From NCBI RefSeq assembly GCF_037042905.1, contig NC_087251.1, forward strand, positions 11,844,001-11,908,000: a DNA stretch of 64,000 nucleotides, written 5' to 3'. The position numbers and the translations under genes were made by a program. Source of the DNA: Lytechinus pictus (Eukaryota). Below, one piece after another: positions 1 to 25,259 of the stretch; position 1 is the first letter of the stretch; the number at the start of each line of letters is the position of its first letter. Under the pieces are notes generated by a model, which saw only the letters and a program-made list of their open reading frames with translations, did no database searches and was not told the DNA's origin.

Positions 1-1283
1 CTAAAGGCATACATGTACTTTAAAAATCTTACACAACGATTTCAGATACAATACAAAGTATTTCTCAATATTGTTAGTTGGTACTTGTACATCTAGAGAA
101 CATGTTAAGTCTTGATTAAATAATTTATTAACTGATTGAGTATATGATTTTTCAAATAAATGAATGCCTTTGTCAAAGGCAGTACACCTTTTACAACTGC
201 AAATCCTCTCAGTTCAAGAGTAAATGATACATGATCATTGCAAACAGGTAACAATAAAATGGATATTAACATGCAGATATGTCTTTTTAATGAGAGGTTT
301 ATAAAATCTCTCATTGCAAATTTGAAAACATTCCAAATGACTGATATGTATATCTAGAAGTACACTGACACCCATTATTATATGTAATATTTCAACATTA
401 GGCATGTCAATGAGGGGGGGGGGGGTGTCAGACATAGAGTTAAAGTCATGTATAAGGTTTTATGACAGCACAGTAGTGCCATTCAATTAAATATGATCCA
501 ACCTTAAGAGTGGTGTGTTCTAATTGCTCGCAACTAACGAAATAAGTGCAACTTTAATTTACACTCAACTCTGTGACCCCCCTCCCCTCCCCCAACCTGT
601 TGTAGTCTACAATGCAAGACATCCCAATACAAATAAAAATGTCTGCAAGTGAGACTACAACAGAAAAGGGAGAAAACGGGTTTAGGGTTCCATTCCACTG
701 GCAATATACAAAATACAAAAACCAAATTCCATCATATATGTATCTGCACCTTCTACATCTTATACAAAATGTTCAAATTTAATTTACAGACTAATCAAGA
801 ATTAAGTACAGTTCTAAAAAGCATCAACTTAGAAACAAAGTCAACGATGATAATAATGCTCATGAATAGTATTATGCTGACCAATTTCTCTTAATATACA
901 AGAGATAGACATTTCAAAAATACAAATCAATAAATTTTGCTCAATTCAAATTTTGTTACCGGATACATATTACAAATAAGCAGTCATAATCATATCACCT
1001 GAAATGCAAATTAAAGTTATATTATCATGATTGTCCATACATACACATAGAAAAAATGAAAACAAACATTGCCCCAATTTTTCTTTTAAGAATTACAATG
1101 ACTAAATCAATTCATTAAACATGTAGAGTAATTCAAAAACATATCTCTCTTCGTAAAAACTCTAGATGTGTGAGCTAACATGTCATTACACTCGCTGATA
1201 AAGCTTAAGTTTCAGAAAATATAAATCATAACCATCATTTTCTTCCCCAATCAATGACGAAGTCTCGCTTTTAAATTAAGTAA

Positions 1284-2768
1284 GAACTAGAATTTTAATT
1301 TGTCTTGAGGACGAATTAGGTGATCTGTCTGTCATTCTCATGATCACGATCTAATTTTTGATCATTATAACCATGTCAATGCAGATCAATATGATCATCA
1401 TGATAATAAACGGACTTTTATTATCGAAAGAACATATTAAATGCAGCTGAAAGACACAAAATTAGGCTGTGTAAAAGATCTTGTTTTATTCGAGAATGCC
1501 AAATGCAATTTCGCAAGTGACTACACGAAATAATGTTGTCGGAATCCATGAATGTAGAATCAAGTTTTGAGAAAAATCAGTACTACTAGAGGTTACACAC
1601 AAATACCTGAACAAAAAAAAAAAAACATTGTCAAGTGAGTTTCGAACCAAAGACCTTCGCATTGCAAGACAGGTGCGCTATCCATTAGACCACAAAGCTT
1701 CTCATACTCTTATCGTTCAAAGAATGAATATTATCTCAAATTGACTTATGACAGTGAAAATTGGCATTGTGATATGCCTCTATAAATTCTTTATTTTGAG
1801 GATAAATAATTAATATAAATGGAAATTTTTGAAAATATTTAGTAAGAGGATAGGCTCAGCTACAATATGTCGAAATCTGGGCGAAAAATGACCAACAACT
1901 ACGGAGTTATTGTCATATTTGCAAAATTATTAAAACGTCATAAAACAAAAATGGAAAATTTTAGTTCCGACGCCATTTTGATGACGTCATGATAAAATTT
2001 AGGGTCAAATGTGACATGAAATCACATCTACAATTCATACCCTATCCGAATATAAAAGAAAATTTAGGGGTCAACGGACTATTTGAAAAGTTATATTGAA
2101 TTTTGTAAAGGCATGTTTTTGCACATATTTGGCCTATTGTGAACGCGCGCGTGATTCAAACTTTGATGGAAGCTAATTCCTTTACTTCTGGTCGTAAAAG
2201 GTTGATCAAGGTATCAAATTATTCAGAATTTCATAATAAATGCATTGACCTAAAAGACACGTCGATTCTACATTGCATAATGACGTGCGCTCGAAAACGT
2301 GTGGGCGCGCAAATTCTTGAAATGCTTCAAATACCGGTACCTGAAACGTACTCTACTTTGATCAAAAAGTGATTTTGAGCATTTTAAAATTTTGACGCGC
2401 GCGTAGATGCGCGTCGTGACGTGTTCATGACGGTTGATGACATGGTCAGTTGACCCATGACCTGAAGTTAATTTAATGTTAATATTGTTCATTTTTGATG
2501 ATTGATGATGAAGATATTGTTGATAATGTGATTTTACAAAATGGCGCGTAGATGACGTCACGATGACCATTTGACGTCAAACTTGTTTCGTACACATTGC
2601 ATAACTGTGCATAATTGATAATATTTTGATGAAAATTGACAGAACACTTTTTCTGATTTTGGTGGAACAAGAAAAGGGTGGAAAAAGAAAAATAAATAAT
2701 AAAAATAAATAAAAAAGAAAATTCGTAGAAACACAAGAGGTGATCTGTCAACAGACAGATCACCTAAT
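1284..2768 (-). mobile_element. Helentron/DINE-1-like non-autonomous element (family B)
   Basis: 17-bp inverted repeat ATTAGGTGATCTGTCTG (1315-1331) / CAGACAGATCACCTAAT (2752-2768). 12-bp-stem hairpin AGGTGATCTGTC-aaca-GACAGATCACCT at 2738-2765. CpG-rich interior. Class inferred from architecture; left end approximate. Confidence 0.5.
1633..1700 (-). pseudogene. tRNA-like remnant (Pol III A/B boxes) inside the element
   Basis: Minus strand reads GTGGTCTAATGGATAGCGCACCTGTCTTGCAATGCGAAGGTCTTTGGTTCGAAACTCAC: A-box-like TGGTCTAATGG and B-box-like GGTTCGAAAC, poor stems. Confidence 0.5.
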
Positions 2769-4268
2769 AATGGCTACCTGAACTAAACCCCAATGATGAT
2801 TGTTTGTAACATTTTTTTTAGCTAAGCAAAATCCTGCATATATATGAATGCATCCCTAAAATCATGGCTGAAAATATGGTAGGGTTAATGGTATCAAGAA
2901 ACTCTGTTAAAATTCAAATAAATTACTATCACCTTGAAGAACACACCTGAAGAATGAAACAGAAAGAGAGGTGTCGGAAAGTCCTCAGAATCAACTATTT
3001 GTTTGGGAACTTGAGCTTTCAAAGCACATAGAAAAGGGAAGGAATTGTAATTTACACTTTTTTAAATGTCAATATCACAGATTGATGGTGGAATTATTCA
3101 AGGTATAATGCTATTTTGAGAGAAAAATTGAAAGTCATGTATCAAAAATATTTCAAAATCTGAATTTCAAATCAAAACTACTCAAAAGCAGCAGCGCCTT
3201 TCTATCAATACTCTTGCTTAATGAATGGAAGATGCAAAAATCTGCATATTTACACTTTAAATCAGTAATTCTTTGAGTGCAAAAGCTGAAAATATTAGAT
3301 TTTAGCAATTATTAGAATGACATTCTGTTAAAATATGACAAGTTTCACTTCAGCCAAAGTAGTTTTGTGCAAATGTAATCTACAGGCCTAACAATACCTT
3401 CCACAGACAAATTAGAGTCTGTAAGAGTCTATAAGTCTGTTATACATTCCATCTGATGGGTGCACAAACAAGTGATCCTGCCTTGATTACTCAGAAGATG
3501 AAAGAATGGGTTGTGATATTTTTTTTTTGTGTGTGAGGGGGGGTTAAAAATTCTATGAGGATTAGGATTGGGGTTACAAATAGGTCTGAGATTGTGGTTG
3601 ATGTTTGATTTAATGTACAGATTTTCAATAGAAATGATTGGCATAGGAGTAAATGTCTAGGATTCTTATGATTAGTGTTGAAATAAAGAGACTTGACTGC
3701 AATAGCTTTCAGCATTCAAAGACTGGGGAGAAAAATGCTATATAATGTGATACATGTGTATGTCAGGGAAAGGGGATTCGCCCATTTTCTTGATATGTAC
3801 TAAAATCGTTCGTAGGGGCATAATGGCAGCATTAAAGTCCTTGAAACGGGAATAAAACAGACAATATGGACAATCAAATGGGAACTAAACCTCCTGAAGG
3901 CATAATAGGGCCTACTGGCACAACCACTGAACATGCTTCAATCTTTAGAGTGAGAATGCTTTGAGACGTTGCCTCAAAAACCTTTGGCTTGAATACAAGA
4001 TGGCAGTGACTCCTGAAAGAAATCAAGATTCGAATATAAAAAAAACCCACAGTACTATCACAATGATAAATAGATAGTCACCAACTGCCCCTGTCATGGG
4101 GTGTATTCTTTCCACCATCAACTATGTCTAATTGGTCATTACAATGACAATGTTTTGAGACTCTGACTAGAAAATTAAGCCTGAATACAATATGAAAGTC
4201 TTTAATCACTCCTGAATTATTTGTATGCAGCTCCTCATACGGATTCAATTTTGTGGAAACCAGTCGCT

Positions 4269-16142
<11,874 letters not shown>

Positions 16143-16506
16143 TCACTTGTCGGTTTTCTCCCCTTCCTTGCTTTTCTGGCATATGAAGTTGTGGAAAGAT
16201 ACATGTATCTAAACTAGCTATCAATGTTCTAAAAAACCTTCACAATTTTCCATCACAGATTTGGGTTGGTGCATGCTACAATGGCTCCACATGTTCAAAA
16301 TTTCCAGATGAAATCATTTCCATTCTGATGAAGTGATCAAAATTAATATTTGTACATTCTCCTTTCCAAGTATTTTGAAGCAGTACAGGATGACATTTAA
16401 ATGTAGATCAATCTGTTGTCTGTTAAAAATGGAATAAAAGAGAAACAGAAACAATATTTTAGACTACAATCTGGACAAATGACAGGAACTTTCATTAAAT
16501 GATCTG

Positions 16507-16676
16507 GTGGGTGTTTCATAAAGCTGTTCGTAAGTTAAGAACGACTTTAAGAACGACTGGTGATCCGTTCTTGTGGTAAATGGTAGATTCATTGGCGATG
16601 GTTTAGAGCGTAAAAAGGATCACCAGTCATTCTTAAAGTCGCTCTTAACTTACGAACAGCTTTATGAAACGGACGC
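16507..16676. mobile_element. Hairpin MITE, PIF/Harbinger-like
   Basis: ~60-bp inverted arms GTTTCATAAAGCTGTTCGTAAGTTAAGA.. / ..TCTTAACTTACGAACAGCTTTATGAAAC, flanked by CTG on both sides. Confidence 0.7.
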
Positions 16677-17433
16677 CTGGATAAATATTACTGTAGTTGA
16701 TACTTCTGGACAAAAAAGTAAGATATTTCAAAAACAAACATTAAGATGGTTTTTTACTTCTTCATTTGAAATAGAACAAAGTTCTTGTCTAATAATAAAA
16801 TCTCACCTTAGAATTGGAGAAACAAAATAAAAATCAGAGAGCTCTAATTGGTTCTAAATCATCTAAAAAATAATAACTCTGTAGTAACTTCTCTTAAGGT
16901 AACTGTTGAAAACAATTTTTGAATCTGTAATATGAAGAGGAAAATATTCAATCTTTTCTACAGTATACAAACAGTGTAATCTCAACTCAGTTCACGTACA
17001 ATGATATCATATAATGCAGACCATTAATTTCAATATTGAAAATTGATAAATTCTGTATCTAGTTTATGCACAGAATTTGCCAAATCATATGTTTCGGTAT
17101 CCAGGGTTCAACATTAGCAGTGGCCCGGGGCAACTTAAATTGAGAGCCCATTAATGCCCATTATCAAGAATCATAAACTTTTATGTTTCTATTAAAGCAA
17201 AACACTGCATGTGAGCAGTGAAAACTGAAAAACAGACAAAACTTCAACTATTGTTATTCTTAGAATACATGCAGCTTTTACAATGTATGGTAAAGTAGTG
17301 TATCGTATACATGTATTAGTATTACTGAGCACTTTTCATAAAAATTTATACAATATCATAACACTATTTTCGTACAATTTTTAAATTTCCACCATAAATA
17401 CATTTAAACGCTTCCACAAAGATAGATAGAAAA

Positions 17434-18777
17434 AACAAGTGGAGCGCCTCTGGCAGTCTCGCCTGCATTACGCGATTTAATATAGCAGCAGTGCTAACTT
17501 TGAAAACTACTATAAAATAATCATTCACAAAAACACCATTCATATAATGACATAATACCACGTTCATTGACCATAAATGATATTTGAACGGTGACTTAAG
17601 ACTTGTCAACTACACCCATGTCCACATTTCATTCACTCTATCCATAAACTTTCAAAGTTATGATGGCAATTCAACAATTACCCCAACATGGCCTAAGTTT
17701 ATTGACCTTAACTGACCCCTGACCTTGGTTTTGTGACCTGAAACTCACAGGGGATGTTCAGTGATACTTGATTACTCTTATATCCCAAGTTGTATGAACT
17801 AGATCCATAAACTTTCAGAGTTAGGATGGTAATTCAAAAAATACCTCTAACACGGCCAAAGTTCATTGACCTTTAATGACCTTTGACCATGGTCATGTGA
17901 CCTGAAACTTGTACAGGATGCTCAGTGATACTTGATTACTCTTATGTCCAAGTTTTATGAACTAGATCCATAAACTTTCAGAGTTAGGATGGTAATTTAA
18001 CAATTATCCCCAACACGGCCAAAGTTCATTGACCTTAAATGACCATTGACCATGGTCATGTGACCTGAAACTCGCACAGGATATTCAGTGCTACTTGATT
18101 AACCTAATGTCCAAGTTTCATGAGCTAGATCATAAATTTTCAAAGTTATGATGGTAATTCAACAAATACCCCCAACTTGGCCAAAGTTCATTGACCCTAA
18201 ATGACCTTTGACCTTGGTCATGTGACATGAAACTCAGGCAGGATGTTCACTAATACTTGATTAATTTTATGTCCAAGTTTCATGAAATAGATCCATAAAT
18301 TTTCAAAGTTATGATAGTAATTCAACACATACCCCCAACTTGACCAAAGTTCATTGACCCTAAATGACATTTGACCTTGGTCACGTGACCTGAAACTCAA
18401 GCAGGATGTTCAGTAAAACTTGATTAACCTTATGCCCAAGTTTCATGAACTAGGTCCATATACTTTCTAAGTTATGATGTCATTTCAAAAACTTAACCTT
18501 CGGTTAAGATTTTGAAAATAATTTTCCCAACATGGTCTAAGTTCATTGACCCTAAATGACCTTTGACCTTGGTCATGTGACCTGAAACTAAGGCAGGATA
18601 TTCAGTAATACTTGATTAAGCTTATGTCCAAGTTTCATGAACTAGGTCCATATACTTTCTAAGTTATGATGTAATTTCAAAAACTTAACCTTAGGTTAAG
18701 ATTTGATGTTGACGCCGCCGCCGCCGCCGTCGGAAAAGCGGCACCTATAGTCTCGCTCTGCTATGCAGGCGAGACAA
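17434..18777 (-). mobile_element. HINE-like family A, copy 2
   Basis: Same ends as copy 1; six internal units (TGACCTGAAACT spacing 164,163,163,163,191); (GCC)n microsatellite near the hairpin end. Confidence 0.85.
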
Positions 18778-19190
18778 AAAACCACTGCGATTAAACGTCT
18801 TATTTATGATACCAGCTTCTAATCTCACTCCTCTCGCATGTGCAATATTTTGGTCCCTTGATATTTACTGTAATACCACTAAAAGTGTGTTTTCTGAAGG
18901 AAAAACTTGAAAAGTTGGAGACTGCGAATAATGCATTCTTTTGTTTTTAAATACAGTATGTAAGACTCTAGATCTGGCCTCGGGTTCATACAGGAGCTGG
19001 TCTGAAAACGAGGATCGTTTTTGTTTACTAGGGATGTGTAATTTGTCTTTGTTAGTTTGTTTACATATAATGAATAGGCCTAACAATTCCTCAGGCTCAA
19101 ATTTCCATGGTGGACAATTTTTTAGAGGACACTGATGATGGTGTATTACCACCCCTTGCATACATGTCTGTAGCTTTACTTAGTCAAACA

Positions 19191-19604
19191 TTAAAGGAGA
19201 ATGAAACCCTTGAAACCAGCTGAATCCATATAAAAGAGAAAAATCAAAGAAACATATTGTTGAAAGTTTGAGGAAGATTGAATGAATAATAAGAAAGTTA
19301 TGAATATTTGAAGATTGAAATCACTAATGCCATGTAGATCCTCCCATTGGCAATGCGACCAAGATCTGTGATGTCACACACGTACAACTCCCTCATTACT
19401 TTAGTACTTATTTCACTTATATTCTCATATTTTTAGAGTCTATCACAAGGTGAGGTGTTCTCTTTATGAGAGGACAAGAACAGAGGTTTCACAACATTAT
19501 ATCATTGATGAATCGTTTGTCATATGATTATAGAATGAGCAAAAAGAGAGCAAGGGGAGAGTTGTTCATCTGTGACATCATAGATCTTGGTCGCATTGCC
19601 AATG
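19191..19604. mobile_element. Truncated TTAA-AGG (Kolobok-like) MITE, different family
   Basis: Starts TTAAAGGAGAATGAAACC; internal inverted repeat CATTGGCAATGCGACCAAGATCT / AGATCTTGGTCGCATTGCCAATG; right terminus missing. Confidence 0.55.
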
Positions 19605-21441
19605 AAATTATATAATTTTACAATTGAACCATCAACCCTAGATTTGCCTGCTAAAGACCACACTGTCAATTTTAAACAGTGGGGAAAATATCATCACATT
19701 CACTGAATAAATCAGAAATAAAATAAATCTCACTAGTAAAATGTATCTTCCCAAAATCATCACTGACGAAATAAATCTCGTTGAAATGGGTATCAGTGTA
19801 AAAATTCTTCAGAGTTATTGTACATGCTCATTCCCATTTCAGAGAGTTACTTGCCCGAGATTCAACATAATAAGTTTTTCTGCAATATTTTGTGTCATAA
19901 AATTTCTTTTCACAAAACAAAATATGCATCAATGTATGTTGAATATATTTGTTGATTTTTAATTTTAATATTTATTTGCAACTTCCATCTCAACATTTCA
20001 TAATATAATGAAATGTATTATTACCATTTTTTGGGCCGCAATTTGACAGCCCCCATCCCTCGTTCGACATAGCGCATTGTGAGTTCAAAAGTAAGTGCGT
20101 GCGAGAGCCGCTGAATTGTGCTGCTAAACTGTCTTTAAATCTACTTGCCAAAATGGGAACCAGCATGTAAAACTCTATGGAAATTTCTACAGAAAAAAAT
20201 AATACAAAAATATTGTTGAAGGTTTGGATAAAATCCAACAAAGATTTCAAAAGTTATTTGAATTGATTTTTTTGATTTGTGACGTCACATGCGAACCACT
20301 TCTCCATTTATCATGTGGTTTAGTAATGAATGAAATATCATTTCCTTAAATAACTGATAATAGTTTTATTGTAGTATTGTACCTTCAGTATAACAACATA
20401 CAAATTATTTCACACCAGCCCCTGAAAGAAAACAAAAATTGTAAACATAATGAAACATTTAATGAAAATTAAACTTTATATGCATTTCATAAATCTATTA
20501 GTACCGTTATGTCAGTGGATCATATTACATTATTGTAAATATATATTTTCATTTTAATACGCATATTCATTATTGTAAATATGTTCTTGTTGAGACTCTC
20601 ATACATGTACTCCCGATCAGGGGTCGATAGAGTTGAATAAAATCTTATATATTACCCAACACTTTCCATAAATTTAAACATATCAAATGCAATACATGTA
20701 CATCTTCTTAAAAATTCATCAAACTTCCACAAATACCTTCAAAAAGTAAAGATATAACATGTTTCCAGAGATCATTTTCCTTTTTTATGATATCAACTTC
20801 CGATTGCACCCCTCTTGAAATGTTTCGGTCACTTGTAAATGGTAGCGTACTACCGAATGTGTGTTTTCTGTCTGAAAAGTTGAAAATCTACAAAATCACA
20901 GCTATTTTGACAATATTTTTTTACATTGAGAAAATAAAGGCTTTCAAAATATGTTTCTGGCCCCTTTTCATCATCTTTCTATAAAAACTCCCTTTGGAAG
21001 GATGTTGCAAAAAAAAATTTTTGCAATTTTTTGCAATTTTATTTTGTCAATGTAATGGCCCAGGCCTAGTTTCACCACATATTACATAATAGCTACACAG
21101 CTATTGCTTTTACAATTTTAAGAAAAATCTACAATTTAGCTTATATGTATTGAATTATATTTATTTGAGCTCCTCAAGGAGAGCGATTTTGAGGAGCTCA
21201 ATTGAGCTCCTCGAAAAAATAAGGAGAGCGATTTACAAAATGTATTGAGCTCCACGAAATTATAAACGTGAAGGACCGAGTTCTATGAGAGACTTCGGTC
21301 TATTGACAGAGGGGATGCCGCAGAGCCAGACGAAGTCTCAGCAGAGCATATCCCTGACAGAAATAGACTGATTTTTAAGTCTAATTTTGCCTCTGCTATT
21401 ATTTCCATTAGATGTAGATCCAGGAAAGAATTCCTTATAAT

Positions 21442-21614
21442 CAGGGGTGTGAGTGGTCACAAATAAAAAGATCTGAAAAAAGCTGAAGAGTGTTGAAAAA
21501 ATCTGAAGTAGAAAGAGCTCCCATACTTTTTGTACAGAGGAAAGCCAAAAATAAGCTGAAAATCAAAACCAAAAAATCTGAAATCAGATAAAAATCTGAT
21601 CTCTCACACCCCTG
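21442..21614. mobile_element. hAT-type MITE
   Basis: TIR CAGGGGTGTGAG / CTCACACCCCTG; exact 8-bp TSD CTTATAAT at 21434-21441 and 21615-21622. Confidence 0.85.
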
Positions 21615-21622
21615 CTTATAAT

Positions 21623-21950
21623 GCAACCCCCCCCCCCCCTCCAAAATAGCAAAAGATTGTAGAGACTTCTGGTTCTTTCACTTCAGATTTCTCCATTGAT
21701 TTTTTTGTGTTTCTTACCCGAGTTGGGACTATAACTCACCTCGTTGTAACTGCAGTCAAGATCTCTTCTTGCAATGCATGCTAGCGAGACATGATAATAG
21801 TAATACCGGAAGAGGTTTTTTAGCGATTATGCATATAATCAATTCAGGTAAGATACACTAAAAAATCAATAGAACAAAGCATGTCAAGAAAAATCTGAAG
21901 TGAAAGAACCAGAAGTCTTGACAATCTTTTGTTATTTTGGTTTGGGGTGC
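21623..21950. mobile_element. Inverted-repeat element (MITE-like)
   Basis: CCAAAATAGCAAAAGATTGT..GACTTCTGGTTCTTTCACTTCAGATTT mirrored by AAATCTGAAGTGAAAGAACCAGAAGTC..ACAATCTTTTGTTATTTTGG. Confidence 0.65.
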
Positions 21951-23245
21951 ATCATCATCATCATCTGGATACGAGGAGAGGTAGATCCTGGATCCTCGGT
22001 CTAGACTATCTATACTTTTAATTTATAATTACTTTTTATTGCACATGCGCATGGGTAAGACAGTTTGGTTATGAGAGGTTGAATTGCTCAATCTTGCAGT
22101 GTTTGTCCAGTCGAGTTTTGAAAACATCAATAGAATTTGAGGTAGTCTATTCCAGTCTTCCACCACTCTGTTGCTGAAAAAACACTTTCTGACCTCTAAA
22201 CAGGACCTCTCCTTGAAGATTTTAAGGGAGTGACCTCTCGTAGCTGTATGGGTAGATAAGGTGAAGAACTGACTTGGGCTCAGTCTCACCATACCCTTGA
22301 GGATTTTGAACACTGTTATGGCATCACCTCTCCTTCTCCTATAGTGTAGTGGGTGTAAGTCCAGGACTCTCAGCCTCTCTTCATATGGAAGTGCTCTGAT
22401 CTCGATTATCATCTTCGTCGCTCTCCTCTGTACTCTTTCAATCTTATCTCCCTCACCTTTCCATCTAGAGTGCCACAAAAAGTCAGGTCTGATCAAAGAC
22501 TTGAATATGAGGGGTAATGTCTTTATGTTTTGTGAAGGTACGCCTTACAATTCTGAGCAGTTGGTAGGCTTTGCTAACAGATTTGGATACATGTTCATGG
22601 AATTTGAGGTCAACATCGATGTGAACTCCTAAGTCTTTCTCAATGGTTGATTTCTTTACTTCACTTCCTTTCGTGTGGTAGGACTTGACCGGTCTGTTCT
22701 TTCTTCCCATGTGTATAACTGCACATTTGCTTTCCTTGAATGGTAGCTGCCATTTCTCGGACCAAGAGGTTAGACTTGTCAGATCATTCTGCAGTGTTGT
22801 AGATCCTGTATCGTCTTGAACAGATCTGTACATCTTTGTATCATCCGCAAAGAGTAGTATGTCTGAAGAAACTTCCATTGGTAGGTTGTTTATGTAGACG
22901 ACAAACAGAATTGGCCCCAGGATACTTCCTTGCAAAATTCCACTCTTCAATTCCATCCACGCTGAGGTGACTCCATTAATGGCAACTCTCTGTTTTCTTC
23001 CCTTGAGAAAAGCTGCAATCCAAGATAGCAGGGGTTGGCTTATCCCAAGGGCCTTTAGCTTTGTTAATAAACATTCATGTGGAACTGAATTGAATGCTTT
23101 TCTAAAATCCAATAAGACATTGATCTGTTTGCTATCATCCTGGGGCTTGTTTCTCAACACCCGGACAAGTTACCGTAGTCATATCTTTGTCCACCAACTA
23201 CGGAGTTACATGTAGCTCCAATCTTACTAAACCTGTTTCACGAAA
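21950..23245 (-). mobile_element. 5'-truncated, frameshifted CR1-clade LINE (RT C-terminus, 3' UTR, (GAT)n tail)
   Basis: ORFs 22483-23160 (LDFRKAF, QGSILGPILF, LFADDTK, EKDLGV) and 22029-22496 (IERVQRRATK, TRGHSLK, FFSNRVV..WNRLP) in different frames; tail (GAT)n at 21950-21965. Confidence 0.92.
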
Positions 23246-23440
23246 GGCCTCCAAACTAGAATCCCTTGATATCGATATAATCGGATGAAAGAGCAGACGA
23301 GATGTATGTACCCTTAGTCACAAAATAGCATAATTTCCAAAACGCAAAATTATGATAAAACTGCAATTATTGTGATGAATTGGGAAATACATATAATGGA
23401 AATGATAGCAGAGGCAAAATATGCATCGTACATACTTACA

Positions 23441-23748
23441 TGACAAGTCCACCCCAACCATTAGTTGATTTGAATAAAAAGAGAAAAATCCAACAAGCAT
23501 AACACTGAAAATTTCATCAAAATCAGATGTAAAATAAGAAAGTTATGACATTTTAAAGTTTCGCTTAATTTCACAAAACAGTTATATGCACATCCTGGTT
23601 GTTATGCAAATGAGGAGACTGATGACGTCATCCACTCACTATTTCTTTTGCATTTCATTACCTGAAATATGAAATATTCTAATTTTCTCATTGTCAAGTG
23701 AAACAAAGATTAATTCCACCCTGAACATGTAGAAATAGCATTGTTTTG
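23441..23748 (-). mobile_element. Truncated copy of the Kolobok-like MITE
   Basis: Reverse complement of ~6225-6525; stops abruptly at TTAA 23749. Confidence 0.75.
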
Positions 23749-23752
23749 TTAA

Positions 23753-23873
23753 CCCCCTAATGGCAGCTGCACGATTGCGAGCCGTCTGTGACTATAACGG
23801 AGAAATTAAAAAAAATAATAAAAATGATAAAAAACTCCTCGAAACAGACGGCTGCCAAAGTGCCAGCTGTCTA
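23753..23873 (+). mobile_element. piggyBac-like terminus (TTAA-CCC)
   Basis: TTAA|CCCCCTAATGGCAGCTGCACGATTGCGAG; inverted homologues at 34090-34152 and 33431-33463. Confidence 0.55.
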
Positions 23874-24059
23874 ATGGCTCAATGCTATGATGTCAAGCCC
23901 TGTTGTAGAGGATAGCATATGGAACTCTTTCCGAAATAAGATAGAGTCTAACATTTTAATATTTAGTTGTCTCTATTCTTTAACTAAATAAATCGAATGC
24001 CAAGCCATGCCTAGTCTTGAGGACTCCATGATGATGTTTAATTAATATTTTGACATTTA

Positions 24060-24818
24060 CTTCTTCATCATTGAGTCTTGAACCGCCAGTCATATGTATA
24101 AGAGACTCACCAAAACAAAGATGAATTTCCCTAGGAAATCCATCTTTTAATTTAATATAAAAATCACGTAAATTGTGGTGATTACACCTGGTGGTTACAC
24201 CTTCCTACGCCTAATGCGTAGGAAGGTTTAACAAAAATGGTAAATAAAAATGTAAAAAAATGAAGGTTCTTACCAGACTGATCTCGTGTAGATCCCTCGA
24301 TCCAAATGTACACAACGCAACACTAGGCTCGACCCTTGAACAGCTTATGTATGATGTACATCCGATTAGCGATGCCGTTATGAAGAACAATTTATAGATA
24401 AAAATTATTTCAAAAATACTAATTATTTATAATCACGTATTAAATTTTAGTATTTGTAGTTGTACGTCATACTCATACATGAGCGGTTCAAGGGTCGAGC
24501 CTATTGACTGTATTTGCGTTGTGTACATTTGGATCGAGGGATCTACACGAGATCGGCCTATCGGTCTGGTAAGAAACCTTCATTTTTTTTACATATTTAT
24601 TTACCATTTTTGTAAACCTTCCTACGCATTAAAATTGTGATTAGGCGTAGAGATTACTAAAAAGTAAAATCACAATTTACGTCAAATACGTGATTTTTAT
24701 ATTAAAACTTAAAAGATGGATTTCCTACTCCTGACCTAGTCCTAGGGAAATCCATCTCTGTTTTGGTCAGTCTCTTATACATATATGACCGGCGGTTCAA
24801 GACTCCATGATGAAGAAG
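24060..24818. mobile_element. Foldback MITE, ~300-bp arms, TA-flanked
   Basis: TA|CTTCTTCATCATTGAGTCTTGAACCGCC ... GGCGGTTCAAGACTCCATGATGAAGAAG|TA; arms ~24060-24360 and ~24460-24818. Confidence 0.85.
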
Positions 24819-24847
24819 TATGATGAGACTACCACATATCGACCACC

Positions 24848-25259
24848 TCTTTTGAAACCGACCACCTTGCGCGCGTTAAAATTATTGCGTATTACAAACG
24901 ATACTCGCGGGAGAGTAGGCTCAGTGTCCATAGAAACGGTAAGAATCGATTTTACGAGAAAAAAAGAAGCAACAAAAAGTAAAAATTAAGTAGAATTAGG
25001 CCTAGGCCTAATCAAAATTGTATTGACCAGACCCAAACCCCACTGAAAAACAAAGAAATCCGATAGGAAACGGCTTTAGAACAAATATCCGTCGTCAATC
25101 GTCGAATCATGTGCCAGAGCTCGCAATGGAAGTAGTGAGACGATAATTTAGCATGTTGACATATATTAAAGAACTGATTTTGAAGAGTGAAAATATTTCG
25201 CCACCGCGACAAGAATCGGCCGTAAACTTAGCGTATCGCGGGTGGTCGGTTTCAAAAGA
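24848..25259. repeat. Segment bounded by 19-bp inverted repeats (MITE-like)
   Basis: TCTTTTGAAACCGACCACC (24848-24866) / GGTGGTCGGTTTCAAAAGA (25241-25259). Confidence 0.55.

Noticed and set aside
105..3715. Short ORFs at the left end
   Set aside because: AT-rich, no motifs or consistent splice structure; probably CDKL1 3' UTR or intergenic.
21731..21860. Extra CDKL1 5'-UTR exon (minus-strand GTGAGT donor at ~21734-21739)
   Set aside because: Lies inside an inverted-repeat element, with no independent support.
22029..23160. Active reverse transcriptase gene
   Set aside because: 5'-truncated, frameshifted, no endonuclease domain.
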